Assembly: GCA_043228905.1 (NCBI GenBank) | Contig: JBHGNT010000020.1 | Location: 7,440,001 to 7,504,000 of the forward strand | Source of the DNA: Azolla caroliniana | Lineage: Eukaryota > Plantae > Polypodiophyta | Reading direction: 5' to 3' | DNA: 64,000 nucleotides | Shown here: piece by piece, positions 37,473 through 51,192 of the stretch | Layout of the letters: the number at the start of each line of letters is the position of its first letter | Numbering within the stretch: position 1 is the stretch's first letter | Translations under genes and position numbers: made by a program | The notes under the pieces: model-generated | Seen by the model: only the letters and a program-made list of their open reading frames with translations | The model's database searches: none | Told to the model about the DNA's origin: nothing

Positions 37473-40400
37473 AGTTGCCAAATTGTACATTTGTTTTTTT
37501 GTAACTCTTAAGATTCTTCTTTTCATAATTCACTTATGACATTCCAAATAAGATTGTTCTCCATCTTAGATATCCTCTAATGTGCAATATTCTTGCCAAA
37601 GATCAAGCAAGTGGAGAACTTGAAAAGATGAAAAGTTGATGTATTGGAAATTTGTAAAGTGGCCTATGCATGGATTACTATGATAGCGCAATCAAATTTT
37701 CTATCATTGATTTCATTGATTTTAGGTGGAACGCCCTTGAACTATTTTGGCAACATGATACAACCAAACAGGTCTTTATAGAAAGTCAAAAGAGTTATTT
37801 ATTTAATGCTTGTCTAGTTCAAAATAGCTTGAATACACATATCCATGACTTTGCTTGGAAAGTGATTTTGTAGCTCAAACAATATTGGAAGCAAATACTA
37901 ACTGATTTGTGGAAATACAAGTCAAAGAATGGTCTCCTCATGACATGTTCTATTAGCCAAAGAAGTAACAATGTTGTCATCATAGGCCCCCCATGCATCC
38001 TTGTGATTTGCTCACTTCATTTTATAGTTGATAATGAACTCACGTCTTTTTACAGCTTTCAAGAGCTCATTTCCCAAATAAAAATAGAATGGCAAGCACC
38101 ACCACTTCTCCCTAGATGATCATTTAGATTCCACAATTATTATATCATAGTTTCGCATTTATGAGTTACAACATGATGAATTCTCATCTTTTGCAATTGT
38201 AGATCTTTTACCCTAGGATCCTTCTAATCCGCATTGAGCCCTTAACACTTTTGTTCAAGTAAAGTTGGCTCTTACCATTTGGGCTATGTTTGATTGTCAC
38301 TTTAATATGCAACTCACTCATGTTCCAAGTAAAGTTAATTCTCATAGTTTGGGCTTTTTCTTGATTCATTGACTTTATACCATGGAATACTCTACCTATG
38401 GGTCATGAGCCAACACAATGACACATTCACATTTTCAAAATCACTCATTCACTCTATTCACAATAGTATGCAACTCATGTTCCATGTAAAGTTAGCTTTC
38501 ATAATTTGGGCATATTCTTGGTTCTTTGACTTTATACCATGGAATACTACTACCTATGGATCATCAACCAACACAAGAAAAAATGACACAATAACACATT
38601 CACATTTTCAAACTTGCAGGAAGCATTGGACACCACTTGGAATTTCCAAGGTTAAATAGACATAACAAACAACTACTAAAAGAGTACCAGAAATAGTGGC
38701 ACCTATAAAATCTCAATTCCACATGAAAGATTCCATATTAGGATGTAAAAATAAATTTCCATACATACATCTCTCTGGAGTACTAGTAGAAACACTGGAA
38801 CTATGTTCATTCCACCACCAGAGCAATACTAATGTGCAACTAATATGTCTAATATCGTCCTGAACTTCTACCAATATTTGTTCCGTTACCATTTCCATGT
38901 TTCTGAGACTGTGAGCCCCGACCGAAACTTTGGTGATCTCTGTATGGAGCAAAGCTTGTGATAACTTTCAACTACGAGGTCCTTGATAAGGAATCAACAA
39001 CCTCTTCTAGGAGCAATAGAAGATTTCCATATTCCCCACCACACCATCAATCTGCATCATCTTGCAATTATACTTCATTCAACCTCCCTTCAAGTTTTCC
39101 AGCCCCTTTCCTCATCATAACTGCAAACTCTTCATAGTTGATTCTTCCATCTTGAAAATGCAATATAACCTACCATATTCACAAATCCATGTTATCAAGA
39201 CAAAAACATCTATACCTTACATTTCATATCTAATATCGAATTATGTTATATATATAACATGAATCTGAGTATCAATGGTTTTTCTTTTACCCAAAAAAAA
39301 CAATTCCGCAAAAATAAATTGGAGTTCAATAGTGGTAATAACTAGTTTAATCAAACTATCGTCTAAATTTGTCAAAATAACTTAGAATTAGCTCCTTTAT
39401 AGTTTTTATTCCAAAACATTTTCACATTTGGAAGACTGTTTCTATCACAAGCACCCCAACCTTCTTACGTGCCTCTTTCTTTGACATTTCCTTAGCTTCA
39501 TGAACTTCTGGCTTAACTTCATCAATCGGAATCTCAACCACACGTGAAGGATGCTTCTCTCTAGGCTTCATGGTTTCAGGCATTTTACCTAATGGTAGAA
39601 TAATCATTCACAAAGGCTCAAAATTTATTGATATACTTGATGGTAGAATATTCATTCACAAGGGCTCAAAATTTATTGATATGAAGGATACACCATCTCC
39701 GATATTAACACATAGTTATGATTGCAAAAAGCAACTGAAATAAATTTAATTATGATTAGTGAGGGAAGAATTAGAGAAAACTCTCTTCACAACCAATATC
39801 CTACGAGGTGTTGTGGTAACTATCGCTTGGAATGTTACAATAATGTGAAATACTACAATAATTATACTACATGTGTTGCACCTAATTGCAACACCATATA
39901 TACTTTGTTGAATGGGGAAGCTGCCGACATCAAAACATGTAAGAGCCCATCTTGTTGTCTTCCATCCGAACAATTGCTTCCATGCCACTTAGCTCACATT
40001 TACTATAATGTGAGACGGGGTGTAGCGGCACAAGTGACGAGATTAGTTGACTATGCACACTTTGCCCAAAAGAAGCTCGGGAGTCAGAGTATTACAGTTT
40101 GATATAATACTATGCTTTAGATCACATTCAATTATGTTTTTTGCACATCTTTGACCAAACCAAATCCTTGGACGAAATTCTCTCACGATCATAGTGTGCA
40201 CGCTCGATTGCGACATTCATTTCTAAAGTTCTTCAACATTCAGGCCAGAGATGTCGACCTTCTACACATCAACACAAATCTTCAAACGGCCGACATCTTC
40301 ACAAAAACCCTAGGAACCAACAAGCTTCGGCAATTCATGTCAGACCTTGGATTGATGATCCCTGACTTGCCAAGCTTGAGGGAGAGTACAAGCGAGAATC

Positions 40401-40517
40401 GGATATCGACCAAACCGGGTACGAGCCAAAATGGACAACGGAGATCGTCTGAACCGGATACCAGCCAAAGCGAACATCAACCGAAAGGAGCCAACTCGAG
40501 TTGAGCTTGAGGGGGCG

Positions 40518-40983
40518 TGTTGAGAATCAAGCTCAATATAGAGCAACATGTGAACACACCTTTTGAGAATCTATGATTACTCAAAGGTCAAGAGTCACAC
40601 CACCACTCTACACATTAAACTATGTGTCATAGATTCATATTCTATGACACATAACTAATGGTTCCACATTCCCCATGACCGTAAGACTTCACATTCCTCA
40701 AGGCTCTAGTGAGAGAGTGAACGTTGTAGTGAGTAAATGAAGAGAGAGGGTGACTCTATATAAAGCACCCTCCTCCTACTCCATATTAAGTCGGTTGTGA
40801 CTCCTTGTAACGCTATTTTGTATCTCATATTCTACTTGTTAATATACATCTCCTTCTTCTTCTTGAGTACTTCATATTGTCTCTTATCTATCTTGTGTTT
40901 CTCTCCTCTCCTCTCTTCTCTCACACATACACACATAACTCACATCTCTTCCGCTTCACAAGAATCACAATTGATTCTTTACG
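40518..40983 (+). repeat. Shared/5' LTR of D
   Basis: Preceded by a PPT and followed by a PBS. Confidence 0.95.
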
Positions 40984-41155
40984 TGGTATCAGAGCGATTT
41001 GGTAGCTCAATCTAGCCCACTTGCCTCATCATGATCGTGTGTTGTGCTCTACGCCGACGTTCAAGAAGAACTGGCTCATCTCTATTGTAGTGCGACTACA
41101 TAGCTCGTGTTCGAGAGAGAAGGAAAAGAAAAGAAGGAAGAAATCTACATCGACA

Positions 41156-44100
41156 ATGAATACTCAAATGGGGAGCGCTCTCCCTAGCGAGAAGTTGGAT
41201 CGCAACAACTTTGCATCTTGGGAGTACAAGATGCACCAATACCTTGTCGGCCAAGGCTATTGGAGCTACATCAAAGGAGCAGAAGAAAATTGGCCCAACC
41301 CGAAAGACGCCGACTATGCAACATGGGAGCAAGCGGCAAGCCGAGTGATGTATTGCTTGGCGACATGTGTTCACGACCACATGCTCGGGTACATTCGAGA
41401 AGCCAAGAAGCCGAAGGAAGCGTGGGAGAATCTACGAAAGATTTTTGTTGCCAACACTACTGCGAGAAAGCTTCAACTCCGCCAAGAGTTGAATAATATC
41501 CAACAAAGGGATATGTCCTTCATGGGCTACACCTTGAAGATCAAGGAGCTTTGTGATTCTCTCGGCTCGATAAGCGTAAACGTGGAGGATGACGAGATGG
41601 TGCAAATATGCCTCAGCGGCCTTGCACCAAGATTCAGCGTGATGCGGACCGCTGTACTAGCACGGGAGAATCCGCCCTCGTTCTTCGATCTTCAATCCAT
41701 GTTGTCGGTCAAAGAAAACCATGTTCGAACAAGGAGTAGCACCTCGGATGGCCAAATGCTCTACACGCATTCGGACGGAGGAAGAGGATGAGGCCGTGCA
41801 AGAAGAGGCCGATTCGGCCAAGGACGAAGCGGACGAGGCGAACCAATTTATGAAAACAACTCTCAATTACGGCAACAAGATGGAGGCCATCGGGGAACCT
41901 TCGGAAGAGGGGGGAGTCACCATTCCGGTCCGAGCCGACAAACCTCAATTGAATGCGGATATTGTGGGAAAGTAGGCAACCACGAAGAAGAATGCCGTAA
42001 GAAGATACGCGAGTCGGCTTCCACTAGCCGACAACTCACCAACTACGCCATCAACTCCGACTATGACAATCGCGGCAAAATGTTCGTGTAAAAGAATACG
42101 TTGTGTGGAAGCGTGTGCGTAAACGCAGAGTACACAGTTCGGAAATAAGACAGTTCGGTAAACTTAGAAAACGCAGAGATGGAGAAGGAGAGAAAGAGAG
42201 CAGACAACAGAAAACTTAGATTCAAAATAATGACACTTAGTTCTGTACATACTTCGTGCTCGGTGAGCACCTTATATACAAGCCCTAACAATCGGGCTAA
42301 CACAAGTACTGACAGTACTTGACTGCTCATAAAGGAGCCTCAACACTTACTCCTAAAATTATTCCTTACGAGGAATATCTCTCTAACGGCCTTTTGGTTT
42401 ACGCACCGATACGGCCAGGTTGTGCGTACTAACTTATGGGTCCAGTCTATGCACTGGGTTACGCGCCATATTACGCACCCAATGTTGAGCTTGTCACTCA
42501 ACAGTTCGTGATGAGACATAGAGCGAATTCTATGTCGGCCTCTACTTCTACTAATGCCTCCGGTACGGAAGACGTATGGTTCGTCGATTCCGGTGCCTCG
42601 AACCATATGACGTCGCATCAAGAATGGTTCCGAGAACTTCAAGGGCCGGACCGACCTGGCTATGTCGAAACCGGAGACGATACTACGCACCTGATTTGGC
42701 ACATCGGTAATGTTCCGTTTAGAGAAGAAGGTAAGCAAACTTATATTAAAAATGTCTTGCATGTACTAACTATCACGAAGAATTTGGTCACCGTCGGCCA
42801 AATTGTAGAGCAAGGAATGCAAGTACGATTTAATCAAGGCGGTTGCTTCATCGAAAAAGAGGGCCGACTCATCGCATGCGGACGAAGAGAGGGCCGAATG
42901 TTCATTCTTGACTCACACGAGATGAAATCGGCCATGTTCGCAAAGGGCATGGATTCCTTCATAGAGTTATGGCACAAGCGGATTGGCCATATCAACCTCC
43001 AAAAGCTCAAGGCAATGCAATCAAAAGGAGTCGTCATCGGGCTCTCGACATTCACGGAGAAAGAGATTGAAGGCGTGTGTGCCGCTTGCCAATTCGGCAA
43101 GCAACATCGGCACCCACTTCCGAAGGAGCAGAACGTGAGCAAAGGCGTACTCGACGTAATTCATTCCGATGTATGGGGTCCGGCTCAAACGGCGACATTC
43201 AGCGGATGTTGATACTACGTGACCTTCATCGACGACTTCTCTAGGCACACTTGGATCTACCCGATGCGACGAAAGAGCGAAGTGTTCAGACACTTCCAAA
43301 AATTTAAGAATGAAGTCGAGAAAGCCACGGGCCGACATGTATGATGTCTTCAGTCGGATGGAGGCAAGGAGTACTTCTCCGACGAATCTTCGGCGTTTCT
43401 ACAAAAAGAAGGAATACGGCGAGAGTTTTCGTGTCGACATACGCCACAACAAAACAGAGTGGCCGAACGCAAGAATCGGCACATCCTCGAAGTGGCACGG
43501 GCTATGCTTAACGAAAAGCACATGCCGAAATCGTATTGGGCGGAAGCAGCTAACACGGCCGTCTATTTCATGAATCGGTGTACGACATCGGGTGTGCACG
43601 AACTTACTCCGCACGAGAAGTTCTTCGGAAAGAAGCTGGACCTATCGCATGTTCGGATATTCGGCTCCATTGCGTACGTGCACATCCCCGAAGAGAAGCG
43701 TCAAAAGCTTGACCCGAAGTTGGAGAAATGTATCCTCATAGGATACTCACTGGAGAAAAAGGGTTACAAGTGCTACAACCCCTCAACTTGAAAATCTCAA
43801 GTAAGTCGAGACGTCGTTTTTGACGAGTCCACATCCTGGTACGCACTAGAGACAACTTCAACTCCGATTCCACTCGACCCGAAATCCGCCAAACAAGAGA
43901 TAGAGGATGAAGATCGCCTTACGCGCTTGTTTGAAGAAAGTCTGATCACGACCCGACTGAGCGGACCACAAGAGGCTTTGAGCAATCAAAGCACATCTCG
44001 ACCAAGTCCGAAGTTGGACAAAGGGAAGGCCAAAATGCCGGAGTATGAAGACGCTCATTTCGATGGCAACGAATCGACTCACTCCCTCGATAGTGAGTTC

Positions 44101-45541
44101 GAAGGCCTTGACATCCAGACAAATGGAGTGAAGAAAGCCTTAGAATTCGCAAACGAGAAGCTACACTGATCCACCCGTGAAAAGAACGCCGTAAGCCGCT
44201 TCGTCTACGATGAATATATGGCATACCATTACGCCTTTATGATGAAGGTCGCAACAGTATGGGAGCCGGAAACCTTTTCCGAAGCCGCGAAGGACCCGTG
44301 ATGGATCGAAGCAATGAATGAGGAGATGTGTGCACTACACAAGAACGACACATGGGATATCGTTCCCCACTCACCGCACAAGAAGGCGATAGGCTGCAAA
44401 TGGATCTACAAGGTGAAGTATAATGTCGATGGCTTCATCAATCGCTACAAAGCTCGACTCGTAGCGAAAGGATACACGCAAACACATGGAGTTGACTATG
44501 AAGAGACCTTTGCCCCGATGGCAAAGATGACGACTGTCGGACCGTGATCGCACTTGCAGCGGCGAAAAGGTGGCACCTCCACTAAATGGACGTAAAGAAC
44601 GCACGCCTTTCTTCAAGGTGAATTGGAAGAGGAGGTGTACATGGTTCAACCACCCAGCTTCGAATCCAACATCCATCTGAAAGCTGTATGTCGACTCAAG
44701 AAGCCTCTCTACGGCCTCAAGCAAGCACCACGTGCTTGGCATTCGAAGATTACGCAATATCTTCATCAAATCGGCTTTTGAATGTCGAAATCCGACAACT
44801 CCCTCTATGTATGAAACGAGTCTAAAAGCCCAATTTTCATCATTCTATACGTGGATGATCTCGTTATTGGAGGTGAGCATTTAGTCGACATCAACAAGGT
44901 GAAGTCCCTCCTCTCCAACAAATTCGAGATGACGGACATGAAGGAGCTACACTTCTTCCTAGGCATCGAGTTGCAAATCGATCGCTACGCCTCTCGATAG
45001 AAACCTCAAACTAGATGCCGACTCTGGCACGAACAAGTGTGATCCGACTCAATATCAACAATTGATCGGGAGTCTCATCTATCTCACGATCACACGACCT
45101 GACCTTAGCTATCCGGTCGGACTCCTTAGCCAATTCATGCAAACTCCGCGAGATATCCATTTCAATTGCGCTAAGTGAGTATTACGATATGTGAGGGGAA
45201 CAATGGCTCAGAACTTGGTGTTCCACGCATGCACAAAGCATATCGAAGTGCACTATCACTTCATTCGAGAGCGTATTCAGGCCGGAGATGTCGACCTTCT
45301 ACACATCAACACAAATCTTCAAACGGCCGACATCTTCACGAAAGCCCTAGGAACCAACAAGCTTCGGCAATTCATGTCAGACCTTGGATTGATGATCCTT
45401 GACTTGCCAAGCTTGAGGGAGAGTACAAGCGAGAATCGGATACCGACCGAACCGGGTACGAGCCAAAACGGACAACGGAGATCGTCTGAACCGGATACCA
45501 ACCGAAGCGGACATCAACCGAAAGGAGCCGACTCGAGTTGA
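41156..45541 (+). pseudogene. D gag-pol (many stops and deletions)
   Basis: gag [60 protein letters not shown]. Confidence 0.93.
42087..42503 (-). mobile_element. Solo LTR (family of F) inserted in D
   Basis: TG...CA; TSD GTTCG (42082-42086, 42504-42508); homologous to 60579-60993. Confidence 0.95.
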
Positions 45542-45554
45542 GCTTGAGGGGGCG

Positions 45555-46020
45555 TGTTGAGAATCAAGCTCAACATAGAGCAACATGTGAACACACCTTT
45601 TGAGAATCTATGATTACTCAAAGGTCAAGAGTCACACCACCACTCTACACATTAAACTATGTGTCATAGATTCATATTCTATGACACATAACTAATGGTT
45701 CCACATTCCCCATGACCGTAAGACTTCACATTCCTCAAGGCTCTAGTGAGAGAGTGAACGTTGTAGTGAGTAAATGAAGAGAGAGGGTGACTCTATATAA
45801 AGCACCCTCCTCCTACTCCATATTAAGTCGGTTGTGACTCCTTGTAACGCTATTTTGTATCTCATATTCTACTTGTTAATATACATCTCCTTCTTCTTCT
45901 TGAGTACTTCATATTGTCTCTTATCTATCTTGTGTTTCTCTCCTCTCCTCTCTTCTCTCACACATACACACATAACTCACATCTCTTCCGCTTCACAAGA
46001 ATCACCATTGATTCTTTACA
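45555..46020 (+). repeat. 3' LTR of D
   Basis: Near-identical to 40518-40983. Confidence 0.95.
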
Positions 46021-46580
46021 AGGAGAGATGCCCTCGTTTTGCATCGTTTCGAAGCTTTTAAAGCTTCATAATGTCGGGCTTCTTGTGCATAACCTGAAAT
46101 TGACACATTCCACAATATAACATTTCGGGTTGGCAACTTTCCTAGCACTTTTTGTGCTTTCAAAAGAGCACCACATTTAGCATACATGCTAATCAAATCA
46201 GTTGCTAGATACGAGCTTTTTTCAAGCAACCCTTTTCTCACAATATATGCATGTATTCTATAACCTTCCCAAAGATCCTTCCTTTGAGCACAAACTTTGA
46301 GAAATGCCACAACATTGACTATACCTTATCAATGGCTGTTTTTTTAGAATTACTGCTTGATAAAACTGATATTGAAACATTATCATTCTAACAACATCTC
46401 TAAGAAGTGCTTCACTTGAATGCCAAAAACTAGTAATGTTTTTGGCTAAACTTCAAGCAATTTGCTGTTGTTGTTTCTAGATTTCTGCTTTTCAAACTAT
46501 AACTGATGCCTCTCTTTCATAATCCATCTTGCAACTTGTGCAACAACAACAACTTTCAAGCACCATTCCTCATAGTCGAT
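46021..46580 (-). pseudogene. PLS-class PPR gene remnant
   Basis: FLKVCAQRKDLWEGYRIHAYIVRKGLL..LATDLISMYAKCGALLKAQKVL..LPTRNVILWNVSISGYAQ matches PPR L/S/P motifs; truncated at the D LTR. Confidence 0.85.
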
Positions 46581-49015
46581 TTGATGTGTATATACAAGAA
46601 CTACACATATTTGTACACCATATCTCCAAGATTTTTATCGTCTACTCCTCCCAAATTGTAATTGAGCATGCAATGTAACCTATAGTACCCAAAATTTGTA
46701 ACAATAGAATGTCCATAAACAAAGTTACTAGACATTGTTTCCCAAAATGACGGGAACAGTATACATCCAAATTATGTGATCTCCATCTTCCCTAAAAATG
46801 AGCATAGAGGTCCATATCATTTTAAAATGCATTTGCTTCCTAAAAATGGCATCAACATTACCTGTGAAACTTTCATACTGACCACGTAATGTATGAACAA
46901 GTAACAACCAGAATTCAACTATTATAATAGAAGCATCCTGAGTGGCATTGTCAAATATTGATGTGTATTGCGCCTTCCAAATTACCCACATTAGAATAGA
47001 TGCAATTGTCTTCTAGATAATATCATCCCTAAATTGCAAACTACAATACATGCTTAATTGATTCTATCATACATCCACAACCAAAACCACATGACTTACT
47101 ATCTAATTGCCGCAACCAAGCCTGAACCGGTAGTGCATAATGATTCAATAACCAACGAAAAAGGAAAATCTTCCTGGGAATCTGCATACTCCATAACCAC
47201 TTCCAATATTTAGATGCATCCATTAAAGAGGCCCCATTCGCCAACCACACTTTCATAGCGGATGGAGGATGAAATTTCCTACTTAAGAGCAACTTTCGTC
47301 CCAACTTCACAGAATATTGAAAAAATGTAGTATGAGATGAAGGATTTGTATGTTCCAAAGATAATTCGATGGATCCCAATGCAAGTCCAACAATGATTTT
47401 TTTTTTAAAACCCATAGTTGGCAAAACAACATACTATCAGTAGGAGAAGGATCTAAAATCCATCTTTTACCCGATTTACCAATCATTCTCACCAGATGTT
47501 GCAATGCCGTTTGCCAAATTGATGATTCACATCAGTCTGCTATAATCTTCCTTCCTCAGACACATCAAAATAGTAACAGTCTCCTTGAGATGGTGTTCCT
47601 TTTACTCCTATAATAACACCAACTGGAGTAAATTATCCAAACCAAACATGCTCAAAAGAAGGTGACCAATTAGAGAGAAAATTCCCTAAAGATAATTGAA
47701 TTTCATCAAACATAAGTCTAAAACCCCTACATATGGTAACATCTAGCTGTGAATTATTAAGATGAAAAACATAATTTCCCCAAGAGGCTACCATGGCAGC
47801 TATACTATTATCCAACGTAGCCCACTGTAATCGCGGTCTACTGCCAAGCAATACACCCCTTTCATCAGAAAAAATAAAATTCCAAATCAAAGGTTGCCGC
47901 AACAGTTCTTCATTCGAAGAGGGGCATCTACGAATAAATAAAACTTAACAACATCCCATGCTTTACAAATGCCAACCATAAAACCATCTATCGGACCATG
48001 TATCGGTCTCGTCTTAAAATTTGACAAGAATGCCCATCTTAGAGATGGTTTCCAAAACCCCCTCGTAGATGGTTTAATATCAAGAAATTGGTTTAAAAGC
48101 AACTCTAACCATATACCTTGAGCAGGCAACATAGCCCTAACAACAAATTTTGCCAAAAGAGCCTTACATTGGTTGTTTGGGTCTACCAACCCTAAACCAC
48201 CATGAGAAATTTGTGTCATAAGTGTCAACCAAGCTACCTTCGCACGAACATCATTATTACTTCGTCCTATCCAAATAAAGTTTCGAACCAGTCGTTGAAT
48301 TTGTAACAAACAGGATCTAGAGAACAAACATGTAGATGCAATATACCACATTGATGAAAGGAGAACCTGATTAGCTATCATTACTTTGCCTACTAAAGAC
48401 AACTTTGCAGTGTCCCAAATCAACCGTTTTTTCCTAAGTGATAACATTAGAGGAGCTAACAATCGTTCGTTCCTTATGCATATTTATATCAACCTGACAT
48501 CCTAAGTAACGAATTGAAACTCCTTGAATCCAACGAAAAAACTCAGATGGTCTCCATGATGGCAATGGTTGCATAGAAACCCAAAAACCCACTGATTTAC
48601 ACCAATTAACTTTTGCACCAGAGGCAACACAAAATGTTTCCAATGCAGCTTGTGCTTTATACAAATTACCTTCTTCAGCGCGCATGTATAATGTTGTATC
48701 ATCTGCAAACTCCACATCTAAATCATCTTGTTAGAGATCGGTGTGACCAGCCCTTGGATCCCAACACATGCTGAAAATACCTCTGTAACATAAGAAATAA
48801 GAAAGGGTCTAACAGACACCCTTTGCGAACAGATTGTGACATTTGAAACCTTCGTCCTCTACCTCCTGCTACTAAGATAGAACTATAAGCTAATCTATAC
48901 AAAGCTGACACTGCAATAATCCAAGCTTCTAGAAACCCTTATCTTCTCATCGCCTCTTCTAAAAAGTTCCAATTCACTCTATCATAGGCCTTTTCAAAAT
49001 CTAACAATAAAATAA
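46580..49015 (-). mobile_element. 5'-truncated L1-clade LINE (RT + zf-RVT), degenerate
   Basis: LLDFEKAYDRVNW, SVRKGCLLDP, FADDT, RYLG, HGGLGL, ESIKHVL; boundaries approximate. Confidence 0.9.
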
Positions 49016-49319
49016 AGGTGGTAGAAGACCTTTGACTTCTTTTCGGGTCTTTCCTCCCATAAGATGTTGTTGTTGTTTCGAACATGAGTTGTCCGATAGT
49101 TGATTGAACGTCTTGTGTTGCCATGTCATTTAGATGGGTAACTTGGTTCTCACTTACTCTCACTCTCACTCTCACTCTCTCTCACTCACACAAACACAGG
49201 CTTTGCTTTTTGTTTCGTAATTATCTTACCCTAGTGGTAAGTTGTTACACTACAAAGCACAACGTCTTGGGTTCAAAACCTAAATTTCTCACCTCACTAT
49301 TGGAGACTTCAAATAGATC

Positions 49320-49889
49320 CATAGTTCCTAATATTCGCGTACGTCCAATTTACTGGACGTACGCGAACGTTTGCAAACGTACGCGTATGATACGCGATAT
49401 TCGTTTCGCTTTTTTTTTTTTTTGGGTTTTTTTAATTTTTGATATTCATAATATTTTGTGAATAGAAGTGACATCTGACACACATACACACACACACACT
49501 CTCTCTCACACGAGAACTGACAGATTTTCTCTCTCTACAAAATCTAGATATCTAATATACATATTACATACTCCCTCACACAAACAAAACCCATAGCTCC
49601 TCTCTCTCTCTCTCTCTCTCTCTAGAGTCTAGATATACACTCAATCACTGTCTCCTCACACATGCAAAACAGGGTTTCTCTCTCTAGACCACACACGCTC
49701 TCTCTCTCTCTCTCTCTCTCCCCCTCACACTCACACACACAATGTACACCATATACACCATATGTATATATAATATATCTATGTACCGCGTATGGATTTC
49801 AATCATACTTGGAGCCTTTTCACGTATGAGTATGATACGAATATTGGCGTTTGAGTATGACACGAATGGGACGTATGGCTAGAACTATG
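49320..49889. mobile_element. Non-autonomous hAT-like DNA transposon (MITE)
   Basis: TIRs CATAGTTC / GAACTATG; perfect 8-bp TSD AATAGATC (49312-49319, 49890-49897); subterminal palindromes. Confidence 0.85.
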
Positions 49890-50145
49890 AATAGATCTCA
49901 ACCCAAGACCCAAATTTCTCACCGAGACTTCAAATATATCTCTTAATTCAGTACATGCCACTATGGAATGCACACACACACACACACATTATGAGGAAAG
50001 AAATGAGGTTAGTTTTGGAAATTGGCATAACTTACAAGTATTACATGTTTATCTTCTTCTTTCTTCTTCTACAACTTCTTCTGTATGAAATTGATATCCT
50101 CTTTCTCCCTGCGCCTCAGCAAGCAAGCAAGCAAGCAAGCAAGCT

Positions 50146-51192
50146 ATGGCGGAGACTGCCTCCTCTGCTTCAGCTTCAGCTGTATCAAGCTTCCTGCGCG
50201 ACCAACATCTCACCGAAGAATCCATCCAAAAGATTCTGCACCGCTGCGCCAGGCTGAAAGAAGATGGAGCTGAAACCAAAGCACGCGAGAACTGGCGCAT
50301 ATTATGTGACACAGTGGGGATCCCACAGAGAAAGCTCCCATCCATCGCTTCCAAGTGCCCTCACTTGCTGGCCTTATCCAACCTCCACCAGAAGCTCCAT
50401 TGCTTGGCTGGAGGGCTAGGGGCAGAGCCAAAGGAGGTCGCGGCAGCCATCACAAGATTCCCCCGCCTCCTCCTCTGCAACCTGGAAGAGAAGATATGCC
50501 CTCTCCTCGCGTTCCTGGAGACCATTGGCGTGCCTCGGGCCCGCCTCTCCAAGGTCCTTCTTGCATGCCCCCGCCTCATCTCGTATAGCATACATTCCAA
50601 GCTCCGGCTCACAATCTCCTTCTTCAGCGAAGAGATTGGTGTCGATATAAGCTCCATGGGTATGTTGGTAATCAAATGCCCTTATGTCTTTGGTTACAGC
50701 ATTGAATCTCGCATCCGCCCCACCGTTTCGTACCTGCGGAGCCTTGGATTGGCCAATCCGGACATTGTCGACATTGCCACTCGTTTCCCACATGTGCTAT
50801 GCCGCCCCGAAAAGGCCCTCCGCCCGAAAGTTGACTATTTGAGGCTTACGCTTGGGTTCAACCCCTACCAAGTTATGTTGCTCATATGTGGCCATCCCCC
50901 CATTCTGCTTGCCAGCATTAGCAACTCTTTGCAGCCTAAGATAGATTTCCTCGTCCACACCATGGGTAAAAGCATGGAGGATGTGGTCAAGTACCCTTCT
51001 TTCTTCGCCCATAGCTTGAGTAGGTCAATCAGGCCTCGGCATCGCAAATTCCTTGTAGAAGATGGCATTTCTTGCACCTTGGAGAAGATGTTCGGCTTCA
51101 ATCATGGTGAAGTGCTGAATGTGGACTCTCGCGATCATCATCATCGTGGGCCAACAAGACGGCAACTTGCAAATTTAAGCCTGAGTACCTAG
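50146..51192 (+). CDS. mTERF6: Mitochondrial transcription termination factor family protein, mTERF6-like
   Basis: ENW..L...VGI..RKLP, AITRFP.LL...LEEK.CPLLAF, PRLISYSI, NSLQP.I.FLV..MG; matches Arabidopsis mTERF6/PDE191 from memory; intact 348 aa. Confidence 0.92.
   Translation: MAETASSASASAVSSFLRDQHLTEESIQKILHRCARLKEDGAETKARENWRILCDTVGIPQRKLPSIASKCPHLLALSNLHQKLHCLAGGLGAEPKEVAAAITRFPRLLLCNLEEKICPLLAFLETIGVPRARLSKVLLACPRLISYSIHSKLRLTISFFSEEIGVDISSMGMLVIKCPYVFGYSIESRIRPTVSYLRSLGLANPDIVDIATRFPHVLCRPEKALRPKVDYLRLTLGFNPYQVMLLICGHPPILLASISNSLQPKIDFLVHTMGKSMEDVVKYPSFFAHSLSRSIRPRHRKFLVEDGISCTLEKMFGFNHGEVLNVDSRDHHHRGPTRRQLANLSLST

Larger units (their letters stand above)
40238..46020 (+). mobile_element. 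Ty1/copia D in tandem arrangement (RH end-PPT-LTR-internal-LTR)
   Basis: 466-bp LTRs 40518-40983 and 45555-46020; PBS 40984-40995; 40238-40517 duplicates 45275-45554; degenerate gag-pol. Confidence 0.95.

Noticed and set aside
37478-40237. Possible decayed transposase or gene, including the Cys-rich ORF 39722..40102 and small duplications at ~38308/38468 and ~39592/39640
   Set aside because: No motif recognisable in the frames examined; needs a translated homology search
49226-49282. tRNA gene (CCTAGTGGTAA...GGGTTCAAAACC)
   Set aside because: Only A/B-box-like remnants and no cloverleaf; at most a decayed SINE head
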